A DNA stretch of 23,704 bases from Chitinivibrionales bacterium (lineage in GTDB: Bacteria; Fibrobacterota; Chitinivibrionia; Chitinivibrionales; WJKA01). The stretch spans positions 1-23,704 of the forward strand of contig JBBRUX010000055.1 of NCBI GenBank assembly GCA_038247415.1. Direction: 5' to 3'. Shown here one piece after another: positions 1 through 8,119 of this stretch (the stretch's first letter is position 1; every line of letters begins with the position of its first letter). The notes beneath the pieces were generated by a model. It was not told the DNA's origin, ran no database searches, and saw nothing but the letters and a program-made list of their open reading frames with translations. The translations under genes were made by a program, and so were the position numbers.

Positions 1-53
1 TATAATGTGCTTGGGGTAAATTGGAACAAACTTCCTACTTGGCATGTACACAT

Positions 54-131
54 CACCCCTGCAAAAAAGTGAAATTTGTAGTGCCCCCCAAAAATAGTAT
101 GAGCAAAATCAACAACTTACACGCAGGGGTG
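54..131. repeat. 9-bp perfect inverted repeat enclosing an IHF-consensus site; possible mobile-element end remnant
   Basis: CACCCCTGC at 54-62 and GCAGGGGTG at 123-131; AATCAACAACTTA at 107-119 matches the IHF consensus WATCAANNNNTTR exactly. Confidence 0.5.
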
Positions 132-249
132 CGAAAGTCGGTTAGGTTGCGCTTGATTATAAGCTTCGCAAGCCGCTGAGAGGTCATGTTACTCAGATTT
201 ATTTCCTGCCGGAATTACGGACATTACTTCACAGCGAAGTTAGCGCGTA

Positions 250-627
250 TTATGGTACGAACTTTTTGAATTCAAGGTCTTTTATTGAGCGATAATGTTT
301 TACATTGGATGAAATCAGCGTTTGATTGTTTTCTATAGCTGTAGCGGCGATAATGGAATCGTCTGCAGAAATACCATGCGATAAAGAATATTCCTCGATA
401 TAAATCAGGGCTCTATGCCCGATGTTACCCGATAAAGGCAATACTGCAAATTCTTGTTCTTTAAGATAGCTTTTGATAACAACATGCTGACTTTTGTTGT
501 TTGCCTTTTGTAGCAACTCCATATAGGATAAAATTGAAATACTGCGGTCTTCGACTGAATCGATTAAGTCAGAAGCTTTCTTATTGCCACGTTGAACCCA
601 AATAATCATGTCGGTATCGAATAGCAT
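250..627 (-). CDS. vapC: Type II toxin-antitoxin PIN-domain toxin (VapC family)
   Basis: 125 aa with PIN acidic residues: FDTD at the N-terminus, YMELL, ADDSIIAATA, SSNVKHY; starts 1 nt after the upstream antitoxin stop. Confidence 0.92.
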   Translation of the reverse strand: MLFDTDMIIWVQRGNKKASDLIDSVEDRSISILSYMELLQKANNKSQHVVIKSYLKEQEFAVLPLSGNIGHRALIYIEEYSLSHGISADDSIIAATAIENNQTLISSNVKHYRSIKDLEFKKFVP

Positions 628-628
628 A

Positions 629-856
629 TTACCTTGATCTCCTCATCTTGCTTACAATTTCGCTAGGAAATTCTGTTTCGTTTTTAAGCATACCAAACAA
701 AGGATGTGTTGAGGACTTGGGTTTGTTGAAACTTCCAATGGGAACAATTTCGCCTTTCACTTTGCCATGGTACTTGATGCTGACTTTTTCATGCCTATTC
801 AGAGCTGTAAGCACATCATGCATTTTATACCGAAGATCCAGAATTGTCGCTTCCAT
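629..856 (-). CDS. Antitoxin (Phd/YefM-like fold) cognate to VapC
   Basis: 75 aa MEATILDLRYKMHDVLTALNRHEKVSIKYHGKVKGEIVP... with C-terminal HPLFGM; GGAGG 5 nt before ATG at 856 favours this start over 868; directly upstream of vapC. Confidence 0.85.
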   Translation of the reverse strand: MEATILDLRYKMHDVLTALNRHEKVSIKYHGKVKGEIVPIGSFNKPKSSTHPLFGMLKNETEFPSEIVSKMRRSR

Positions 857-871
857 AGCTGCCTCCATTAA

Positions 872-914
872 TATGTATATCTAAAGTATACATAAATAAT
901 GCATGTTGAAGCAA
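872..914 (-). promoter_or_regulatory. Putative TA promoter with overlapping palindromic operator
   Basis: Minus strand TTGCTT (914-909) N18 TATACT (890-885); perfect 8-bp inverted repeat TATGTATA (872-879) / TATACATA (887-894) overlaps the -10 box. Confidence 0.65.
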
Positions 915-994
915 GAATTCAATCCGACAATTCTCTCTTGTGATCGAAGCGGCATGAAACCGACTTGACCGCAATATAAACATTCTTGCTTTAG

Positions 995-1189
995 CGTGTT
1001 TGAACCTTGTATACCTTTTTTCATGCAGACATTACTAAATTCCGCTGCTTTTATAAAATGGCCGGAAGTTAGAGGGACATCTTCAAAAGAGGAAAGGTGT
1101 TTCTTGAGGATTTCGAATTGAGATTCTTTTGATATACCCGAAAGCATTTCTTGACGGATTGGTCCTATAATTACTAAACGTCCATCCAT
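995..1189 (-). pseudogene. Internal fragment of a second PIN/VapC toxin
   Basis: DGRLVIIGPIRQEMLSGISKESQFEILKKHLSSFEDVPLTSGHFIKAAEFSNVCMKKGIQGSNT is the central part of a PIN family; the N-terminal DT motif and the D-x-x-I/T-x-D C-terminal part are absent. Confidence 0.8.
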
Positions 1190-1271
1190 GGATTTGTTGT
1201 GATCCGATCTCAATATCCTCGATAAGCTCCAATTTTTAAACCATTCTCTCATACTCTCCAATATCAAGTAA
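1188..1271 (-). pseudogene. Fragment of a Phd/YefM antitoxin with an in-frame stop
   Basis: Manual translation of a frame absent from the ORF track: LLDIGEYERMV*KLELIEDIEIGSQQIH, with TAA at 1238-1236; resembles the C-terminal half of Phd/YefM antitoxins. Confidence 0.65.
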
Positions 1272-1314
1272 TTCTGACGACCTTCTTTTATGCTGCAATT
1301 GTTTTTGATTATGC

Positions 1315-1714
1315 TCAAAATTTCAGAGTAATTTGAGAAGGTTCTATGTGCAATGAAATTTTTGTATTTTTAATTTCCCAATTCAGGTATTTATGATATT
1401 CAGTTTCTCCGACAATTATTAAAGGAATTCCAATGATCATAAAAATTCCTCCTTCTATCCAAATTATCTTATCATATACTTTCCCCCAAATCTGCATACA
1501 TGTTTTCAACAATATTATTATTATCCAAAATAAGGCCTACTACTAAACTCAAAGCACCTTCACCAGCTAAAGCATATCCTGCGATTCTTTGACCTAAAGC
1601 TTTCGAATATGGATTGGTTAATTCTGTTTTTGTAGCAAAATTCAAAGCGTCTTTTTCATTGGCCCAAAGAATACAGGTAAGTGCTACTATAAACAATGCA
1701 ACTTTTTTTGTCAT
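1315..1714 (-). pseudogene. Small exported/membrane protein split by a 1-nt frameshift
   Basis: ORFs 1472-1714 and 1315-1512 join into one protein (signal peptide, two hydrophobic segments, terminal ITLKF) if one G is removed from the G5 run (C5 at 1483-1487), giving ...MYADLGKVYDKIIW... Confidence 0.65.
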
Positions 1715-1769
1715 ACTTAAAGGTTCTTTACTATTTTAAAACTTAAGATGCACACATGCCAAGTTGTTC

Positions 1770-2228
1770 TTACCGAAACTGAACAAGCACCTGATTCGTC
1801 CGCTGGTTTTCGTAGCACAGCTTTAGCCAGCCAGCACTTCTGACAATGTGCTCGACACGGATTTCGTCAAGCGGTAGGTGCAACCCACCTCCACCCTGCG
1901 GAGATGCGAAAAATCCTAGCGGGCTGGCGCATGGAGCGATTGCCCCATTCCATGTCATGCCAAACATAGCAGAAGCATCATTTACTCTGAAAAGAAAGTC
2001 ATTGCCATTGTAGACAGCCGCAACATAATTCCAGCCGATTGAATCGGTAGAATTAGACAAAGAGCTATAAAAATTATTGGTAGAATCTATGCCAATCGCC
2101 AATTCCGGCGCAAAATTAGTACCGTGAAAATAGAGGTCGTAATTAGTTCCGCTGCCCGGCGTGGAGCTGTTGATTATGTGTCCATATCCTCGTCCCTTTA
2201 CCCATGCGGAAATGTGGACTAGTTTCAC
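1770..2228 (-). pseudogene. 5'-truncated LamG-like (concanavalin A fold) domain protein, DUF2341-associated type
   Basis: ISAWVK, WNYVAAVYNG, LDEIRV and terminal RSAGWLKLCYENQ motifs; begins mid-domain with no RBS or signal peptide, and the frame is closed by a stop at 2264-2262. Confidence 0.75.
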
Positions 2229-3856
2229 TTCACAATTACTATTGGTCGACCGTTGGAGAAATTACAGGGTCCCGATCGACGGGGGCCAATAATCTCGTGA
2301 TAAATGCCAATGCCTGGAACAGCGTTGTGACAGACGCAGGAGGGCCCGGATGGATCTCTCATGTTTTTGGCCTCCTCGATTCGCCCAATGAATGGTTTAG
2401 GCGAAATGATACACTCTACTTGTGGACTCCCGCAAGCGACAATCCTGCTGGTCATCTTATAGAAGCAAAACACCGAACCTTGGGGCTTGATCTACGGGGG
2501 AAACAATATGTAACGGTAAAAGGCTTGCGCTTTCTTGCCACTTCGGCAACTTTGGCAGATGCCCGCGGATGTATTATTGACGGGTGCAACTTCAAATATG
2601 TGAGCCATTCGGATGTTTTTGACTGGTACGAAACCGGATCTGGGTATTATAGCTCGCCCTGGGACCCAACAACGGGATATGCAGGAGTTTATATATCGGG
2701 AAGTGGAAATATTTTCAAAAACGGATCTGTTGCAGTGTCTGCACGCTCTGGGATTATACTTGCAGGTCGTAACAATACCGTCACCAACAATCACATCCAC
2801 GACTGCAACTACACTGTTGCCTATCAGTCTGGTATACTCATTAACAAGAGGTATATGAGTGATAACAATGATGCCCTGGCATTGACCATAAGTCACAACA
2901 CTATTGCCTTATGTGGACGCGGAAATGTGCACATTGCATTTGCATCAAACCCCTCAATACCCGAAGACAGGACCAAAATTATGTATAACGATTTTGGTCC
3001 TGCCGCATTTACAACACTTGAAACAGGGTCTCTTGCCTGTCAGGGATCGCAGGGGGTTGAAGTTGCCTACAACTGGTTTCATGGCACAGCCGGACTTACA
3101 TCCGGTGATATTGTTATGGAATACGATTTTGGCGCACGTCATTATATTGTTCACCACAATGTCTTTTGGCAAGGCAAGACAATTGTTCAGGGATACAAAA
3201 CCGGTTTTCATTGGACATTCGACTGGAACGATACGGGGAGCAGCGCAAGCACAGCAAATGCAGGAGGGGCCATGTGTTTTAACAACACCGTTGTTGACTC
3301 AAGCGATGTTGCCCATCGTGATTGGGATCTCTTTTGGCCTGGATATAAAAAAAATAATATCATGGTTATGAGTGACACTTCATTTTGGAAATTTACCGAC
3401 GCTATCAACCGCAATTACACCTTGCGAGATGGATCTCCGGCAATCGACAAAGGAGAGATAATTCCGGGATGGGTAGAATCCTATAAAGGAAAGGCGCCCG
3501 ATTTGGGGGCGTACGAATCGGGGGAATCTCGCTGGGTTGCAGGTGCAAATTGGAAAGAATCTCAATGGCAGTATCCCCCGTTATCTGTAAACAGTGCGAC
3601 ACAATTAAGCTTAGCCTCAGTTTCGCAAATGCCAACCATTATCTTTCACGGCACACTCGTGAGTATTTCCGCAGGTAACCAGTCGGTATCGTGGAAACTA
3701 ATAAATGCAGCCGGACAAATCTCCAAGGCAGGTAAAACCATCTCAGGAAAATCTACAGCAATTTGTCTTTCTTCGATACGGCCTGGGTTATATATTTTGC
3801 AGATACGCGGCACTAACATGTGGGCAGCACAAAAATCCCTCATTAGAATGCAGTGA
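2204..3856 (+). CDS. Right-handed parallel beta-helix protein with C-terminal sorting-type domain, probably 5'-truncated
   Basis: LDSPNEWF..DTLYLW motif, PbH1-like repeats (NNTVTNNHIHDC, ISHNTI, HHNVFW), GSPAIDKG and APDLGAYE motifs, tail LINAAGQ...PGLYILQI; no signal peptide or RBS, and an in-frame TGA lies at 2171-2173. Confidence 0.78.
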   Translation: MRKCGLVSLHNYYWSTVGEITGSRSTGANNLVINANAWNSVVTDAGGPGWISHVFGLLDSPNEWFRRNDTLYLWTPASDNPAGHLIEAKHRTLGLDLRGKQYVTVKGLRFLATSATLADARGCIIDGCNFKYVSHSDVFDWYETGSGYYSSPWDPTTGYAGVYISGSGNIFKNGSVAVSARSGIILAGRNNTVTNNHIHDCNYTVAYQSGILINKRYMSDNNDALALTISHNTIALCGRGNVHIAFASNPSIPEDRTKIMYNDFGPAAFTTLETGSLACQGSQGVEVAYNWFHGTAGLTSGDIVMEYDFGARHYIVHHNVFWQGKTIVQGYKTGFHWTFDWNDTGSSASTANAGGAMCFNNTVVDSSDVAHRDWDLFWPGYKKNNIMVMSDTSFWKFTDAINRNYTLRDGSPAIDKGEIIPGWVESYKGKAPDLGAYESGESRWVAGANWKESQWQYPPLSVNSATQLSLASVSQMPTIIFHGTLVSISAGNQSVSWKLINAAGQISKAGKTISGKSTAICLSSIRPGLYILQIRGTNMWAAQKSLIRMQ

Positions 3857-3929
3857 CAAGAACAGTGATAGTGTATCTTTTTTTAGAGCATAGTTATTTT
3901 ACACGCCTCAAACAAGGAAACTAATTTAT

Positions 3930-5630
3930 ATGATCACTTCACTACCCCAACGCATTAGTGCCGTTTGCACAGCAATGCTTGTTGCAATCGGCATAGTTTC
4001 GGGCTCTACTTACATTGTTTCAACTACTGGTATTGACGATGCTACGCGCAACGGAACTTCGCAGGCAACGGCTTGGAAGACGCTTTCTTTTGCCTGTAAC
4101 CAGGTACAATCCGGCCCCCATGAGATTAGGCTTGGCCCAGGGACGTTCACAGAAACGCAATCGTCAAGTCCAAAAAGTGGCATCACGATTACTGGTAATG
4201 GAACAAGCGGCGCGCAGGCGACAATCATCAAACCCTCTACAACGTGGACACTCACCGGTAAGCCGTCTGGTTTCTCTGCAAGCAATTATCTCATTGCCAT
4301 CAAGACCTGGGAAATGGGATTTTCTAGCCGTGTCAATACGATAACTATCAGCAACATCCAGTTTGCAACCGATACCACACACCGCATCGACGGAGCATTC
4401 TTTTTCTGGGATTGCGACAAGATAACCATCCACGATATTAGTATCCGCGACTTCCGCTGGACTGGGATGTATCTGGCTTTTGATAGTGCCCTGACTGTTT
4501 ATAATTGCGACATAACAAACTGCAACACCGTGGAAGACGGGTACTGGAGCGGAAATATTCACACCAAATGGATCAAGAATTCTACATTCCATGACATCAT
4601 TTCGATCAATACCATCAAGGGAAACTGGGGCGTTGGTTACAAGGGCGGAGGGCACGAACACGTAAATATTTACAATAGCACATTCAGTGGCGAAGGCTTT
4701 GATATAGAAATTCCGTTTGAAAATGAGTACGGTGTTGAAATCTCTGGCTGTAAATTCGGAAGCCCAATTTCCATACCCAAGCCTGGACAGGGTGATAATC
4801 CTAATTCGCGAGGATCGCCGTATACTTTCTGGATTCACGACAACTACATGACCAGCAGCTATACGATTGAGGGTCCGCGCAATCACCTCATGTTCGATCA
4901 CAATTTTGTACAAATCAGCACCAATACCAATGGCCGTGTCTACTCACAATTTGGCGGCAACACCAATGGTCCCATCTGGATTCACCACAATGTTATCGAA
5001 AATGTCGACCGTGCCTTTATCTGGAAAGGTTCCGGTCAGCTCGACAGCATGTATGTATATAACAACACCGTCTACTGTGCTAATGCAGCAGACCGCGCAG
5101 CGCCGGTGCTTGACTCTTGGGATAACATGAAAGGCTGGATGGTGAAGAATAACATTTTCGTGGCACCAGCGAGTCAGCATCGGAGGCTTGGCCCCACGTA
5201 CCTGATCAATGCGTCAAACAACGTTTGCTTAAACATTGACAGCGTGCCACCAGGAAACTTTTCGAATCAGGATCCGCAACTGGCGCTTGCGGGGGCAAAG
5301 CCAACGCCATTTTATGCCCCTCTTGGAGCGTCGAGCTTCGTGGTCAACAAAGGGGTGGATGTAGGATACCCTTTTGTCGGTAGCGCGCCTGATATCGGGG
5401 CTTATGAAAATGGTTCGAATACTTCTATCAATGTGTCGATCTCGCGCTTGGGGCTTTGTACTTTTGCAGCCCATAGCATCGAACCTCTCCCAATAATTGA
5501 CAAAAGAAATCGTTCTGCGATTCTCGGACGCCGGGTGATGGATGCCAAAGGGAGAGTTTCCTATTTCTCTGATGTAACTATTGGCGCAGGATGGTATGTT
5601 GGGCAGATGCATGCTGCACATGCACATTAA
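3930..5630 (+). CDS. Secreted right-handed beta-helix (pectin-lyase-like fold) protein
   Basis: AAGGA RBS; signal peptide; YIVSTTG.D..NGTS..TAWKTLS N-terminal motif; Asn-rich beta-helix repeats; APDIGAYE; tail MDAKGR...AGWY. Confidence 0.85.
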   Translation: MITSLPQRISAVCTAMLVAIGIVSGSTYIVSTTGIDDATRNGTSQATAWKTLSFACNQVQSGPHEIRLGPGTFTETQSSSPKSGITITGNGTSGAQATIIKPSTTWTLTGKPSGFSASNYLIAIKTWEMGFSSRVNTITISNIQFATDTTHRIDGAFFFWDCDKITIHDISIRDFRWTGMYLAFDSALTVYNCDITNCNTVEDGYWSGNIHTKWIKNSTFHDIISINTIKGNWGVGYKGGGHEHVNIYNSTFSGEGFDIEIPFENEYGVEISGCKFGSPISIPKPGQGDNPNSRGSPYTFWIHDNYMTSSYTIEGPRNHLMFDHNFVQISTNTNGRVYSQFGGNTNGPIWIHHNVIENVDRAFIWKGSGQLDSMYVYNNTVYCANAADRAAPVLDSWDNMKGWMVKNNIFVAPASQHRRLGPTYLINASNNVCLNIDSVPPGNFSNQDPQLALAGAKPTPFYAPLGASSFVVNKGVDVGYPFVGSAPDIGAYENGSNTSINVSISRLGLCTFAAHSIEPLPIIDKRNRSAILGRRVMDAKGRVSYFSDVTIGAGWYVGQMHAAHAH

Positions 5631-5715
5631 ATGCTGCAATTTGTCAGGTAACCAGTCGCAAATGCATGCGCGAATCGGATAAAGAACATCTCTGCATACT
5701 TATGATTGGGAAGGT

Positions 5716-6762
5716 TTAAATTCCTTTAATCGCCCATCTCAACTTCGCACATACCGATCGTGGGTTATCATGCCGCTCTTTGCTAGAAGGGCGGATGGGA
5801 TCGGGCGCGATGCTTGAATAGATGCCCTCTCGAAATAACTTTTGGAACGACTTCTTGACACGACGATCTTCGCCAGAGTGGAACGATAAAATTGCTACTC
5901 GTCCACCAGGTGCTAAACAATCGGGAAGCGACTCCAGAAAGCGGGTAAGAGCGCCAAATTCGTCATTAACTTCTATGCGCAAAGCCTGAAAAGTCCTTTG
6001 GAGAGATTTTTTAATTTCGTCTGCGCGTGTTGCTTGCGGCACATTGCCAAGCGCGTCTTTTATAACAGCCGCAACTTGACTCGTGGTTTCGAGCGGGGTT
6101 GTGCACACGACAAGAGACTTCGCAATAATTTCGGCATGCGGCTCATCTGCGTTCTCGATTAACAATTCGCATAATTTTTTTTGCGATAGTGTTTTAAGCA
6201 ATGCAGAAGCAGATTGCCCCCTAGTGGGATTAAGACGTAAATCGAGCGGGCCATCTACTTTAAAAGTAAAGCCTCGCGCAGGATTGTCTATTTGCATTGA
6301 TGAAACTCCAAGATCGGCAAGAATACAATCAAAGCCCTGGGGAACATCCATAAGAAGTTTAGGAATGCCGGCAAAATTCATCTGCTTAATAGTAAGAACA
6401 TCGTGCCCGTACCCAAGGGCGCGCATACGAGCTTCGGTACGAGGAAGTTCGAGAGGATCCACATCCAGGGAAATCAGATGGCCAAACGGGATAATCCGCT
6501 TGAGTATTTCACTTGAGTGCCCACCAAAACCAAGCGTCGCATCCAGTGCAAAATTACCCGGTACGGGCGCTAAGATTTCGAGAATTTCGGCCACACAAAT
6601 TGAGCGATGCATACCGGCTGGTGTCTGACCACGCTCCATAACCTTTTTAACATCATCGGCATACTGATCGGGGTTAAGCTCTTTATACTTCTCCTCAAAA
6701 CGGCGCGGATGCGTGCCACGATAGCGTATTCGACGTTTTCTATCCGGGGTTTCTTCTGCCAT
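5716..6762 (-). CDS. rsmH: 16S rRNA m4C1402 methyltransferase RsmH/MraW family, stand-alone variant with N-terminal extension
   Basis: DATLGFGGHS, DLGVSSMQID..RGF, GPLDLRL, FQALRIEVNDE, SFHSGEDRRVK, NPRS..AKLR motifs. Confidence 0.9.
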   Translation of the reverse strand: MAEETPDRKRRIRYRGTHPRRFEEKYKELNPDQYADDVKKVMERGQTPAGMHRSICVAEILEILAPVPGNFALDATLGFGGHSSEILKRIIPFGHLISLDVDPLELPRTEARMRALGYGHDVLTIKQMNFAGIPKLLMDVPQGFDCILADLGVSSMQIDNPARGFTFKVDGPLDLRLNPTRGQSASALLKTLSQKKLCELLIENADEPHAEIIAKSLVVCTTPLETTSQVAAVIKDALGNVPQATRADEIKKSLQRTFQALRIEVNDEFGALTRFLESLPDCLAPGGRVAILSFHSGEDRRVKKSFQKLFREGIYSSIAPDPIRPSSKERHDNPRSVCAKLRWAIKGI

Positions 6763-7070
6763 AGCTCATATTTCCCAGTAAAATGTTACACAGAGCCCAG
6801 AACCGCTGGTATCGCTTACGACCTAAAATAGCACACCACTGTGTTAATGTAAAGATTCTGTGATTTCTTTGAGATGGAACCATCTTTGAACTAATCCGCT
6901 TCCCCTACAATTTCTGAGACCCTGTGCCCGAAAATCTAATAAGCAAACCCACATAACAACCATTATTTTAGATATACTGTGATCGGTTTGAGTTTTTTAC
7001 CGTTGTACTGGCGCACTGGTCAATTTACTTCTGCATTCACGATACATTATTTAAAGATTGTTGATCACCA

Positions 7071-8102
7071 ATGGCCACATCACCTTCATTGCTCATAAAA
7101 TCTGCCATTTCGTTGGGACTCTCTTATTCGGGTATTCTTGCAGCTAAAATTGCACATCTGGACCCTATCGTTCTGGGATATCACCGAGTATTGCCTCCCT
7201 CGCTTTTACCACAATCAATTCAACCGGGGATGTTTGTTACGCCACAAACTTTTGAAAAACACCTTCGCTATCTTGTGAAGTATTTCAAAGTAGTAACGCT
7301 TCAAGATTGGGTTGCTCACATCGAAGAAAAAAAATCTTCTTCTAAACCGCTCTGTGCACTAACTTTTGACGATGGTTGGATTGACACATATACGCATGCA
7401 TATCCCTTGCTTAAAAAATATGACATTCCAGCAACCATTTTTATTGCAACCGATTTTATCGATTCAGATAAAAGATTCTGGACCGACGATCTAACAGAAT
7501 TGCTTGCCTCTTCCAGAAGTCTTCTGGGCTTACGTTTTAATCACAACTCCCCGACTGTTACTCAGACATGCCAATCGATATGCGACTATGCTGGTTCACA
7601 AGAATATATCATTGAGCAATCTATAGCTCTTGTTAAGCCGCTTTCGCCGAGCTTAAAAAATGAAGTTCTACGCACACTGCAAACGGCATTGAAAATTCGG
7701 GATGCACAAGTCATAGAAAAATCATTTCTTACCTGGACACAGATAGACGAAATGAAACATTCGGGAATAATCAATTTTGGTTCTCATACCCATACACACC
7801 CAATTCTTACCACTACTTCAGTTGAAGAATGCACAAAAGAATTAACAACATCAAAGCAGATTATCCTTGACAGAAAACTAGCATACCCCGACTTTATTCC
7901 TTTCTGTTACCCTAATGGGAGTCTCTCGGAATCTCATGAAAATCTCGTGAGCAGCGTAGGGTATCACTGCGCCTGTATCACAAAACCTGGGCGCGTAGAA
8001 ATCCCTCGCGATCGATTTAAAATCCCTCGTACGCTTTTGCATAATGACATTTCCAATTCTTCGCATCTTTTTGCAGCACGCTTAATAGGCCTTTTTTCAT
8101 AG
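7071..8102 (+). CDS. Polysaccharide deacetylase (CE4/NodB family)
   Basis: LGYHRV, LTFDDGW, FGSHTHTHP, FCYPNG motifs. Confidence 0.92.
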   Translation: MATSPSLLIKSAISLGLSYSGILAAKIAHLDPIVLGYHRVLPPSLLPQSIQPGMFVTPQTFEKHLRYLVKYFKVVTLQDWVAHIEEKKSSSKPLCALTFDDGWIDTYTHAYPLLKKYDIPATIFIATDFIDSDKRFWTDDLTELLASSRSLLGLRFNHNSPTVTQTCQSICDYAGSQEYIIEQSIALVKPLSPSLKNEVLRTLQTALKIRDAQVIEKSFLTWTQIDEMKHSGIINFGSHTHTHPILTTTSVEECTKELTTSKQIILDRKLAYPDFIPFCYPNGSLSESHENLVSSVGYHCACITKPGRVEIPRDRFKIPRTLLHNDISNSSHLFAARLIGLFS

Positions 8103-8119
8103 CATAAGGATACAGTATC

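Noticed and set aside
881..1318. 145-aa ORF as an intact gene
   Set aside because: Only the middle is PIN-like; the 5' part is an off-frame reading of a Phd remnant and the 3' part runs through the TA promoter
1747..1764. TTGGCA as a sigma54 -24 element
   Set aside because: No GC dinucleotide at the required -12 position
4164..4913. Long antisense and alternate-frame ORFs (for example 4164-4913, 6083-6628, 11365-11832, 13776-14177)
   Set aside because: They shadow well-supported genes and lack recognisable motifs or RBSs
3672..5658. Exact 14-bp direct repeat CAGGTAACCAGTCG at 3672-3685 and 5645-5658
   Set aside because: About one such match is expected by chance in 23.7 kb, and one copy lies inside a coding region
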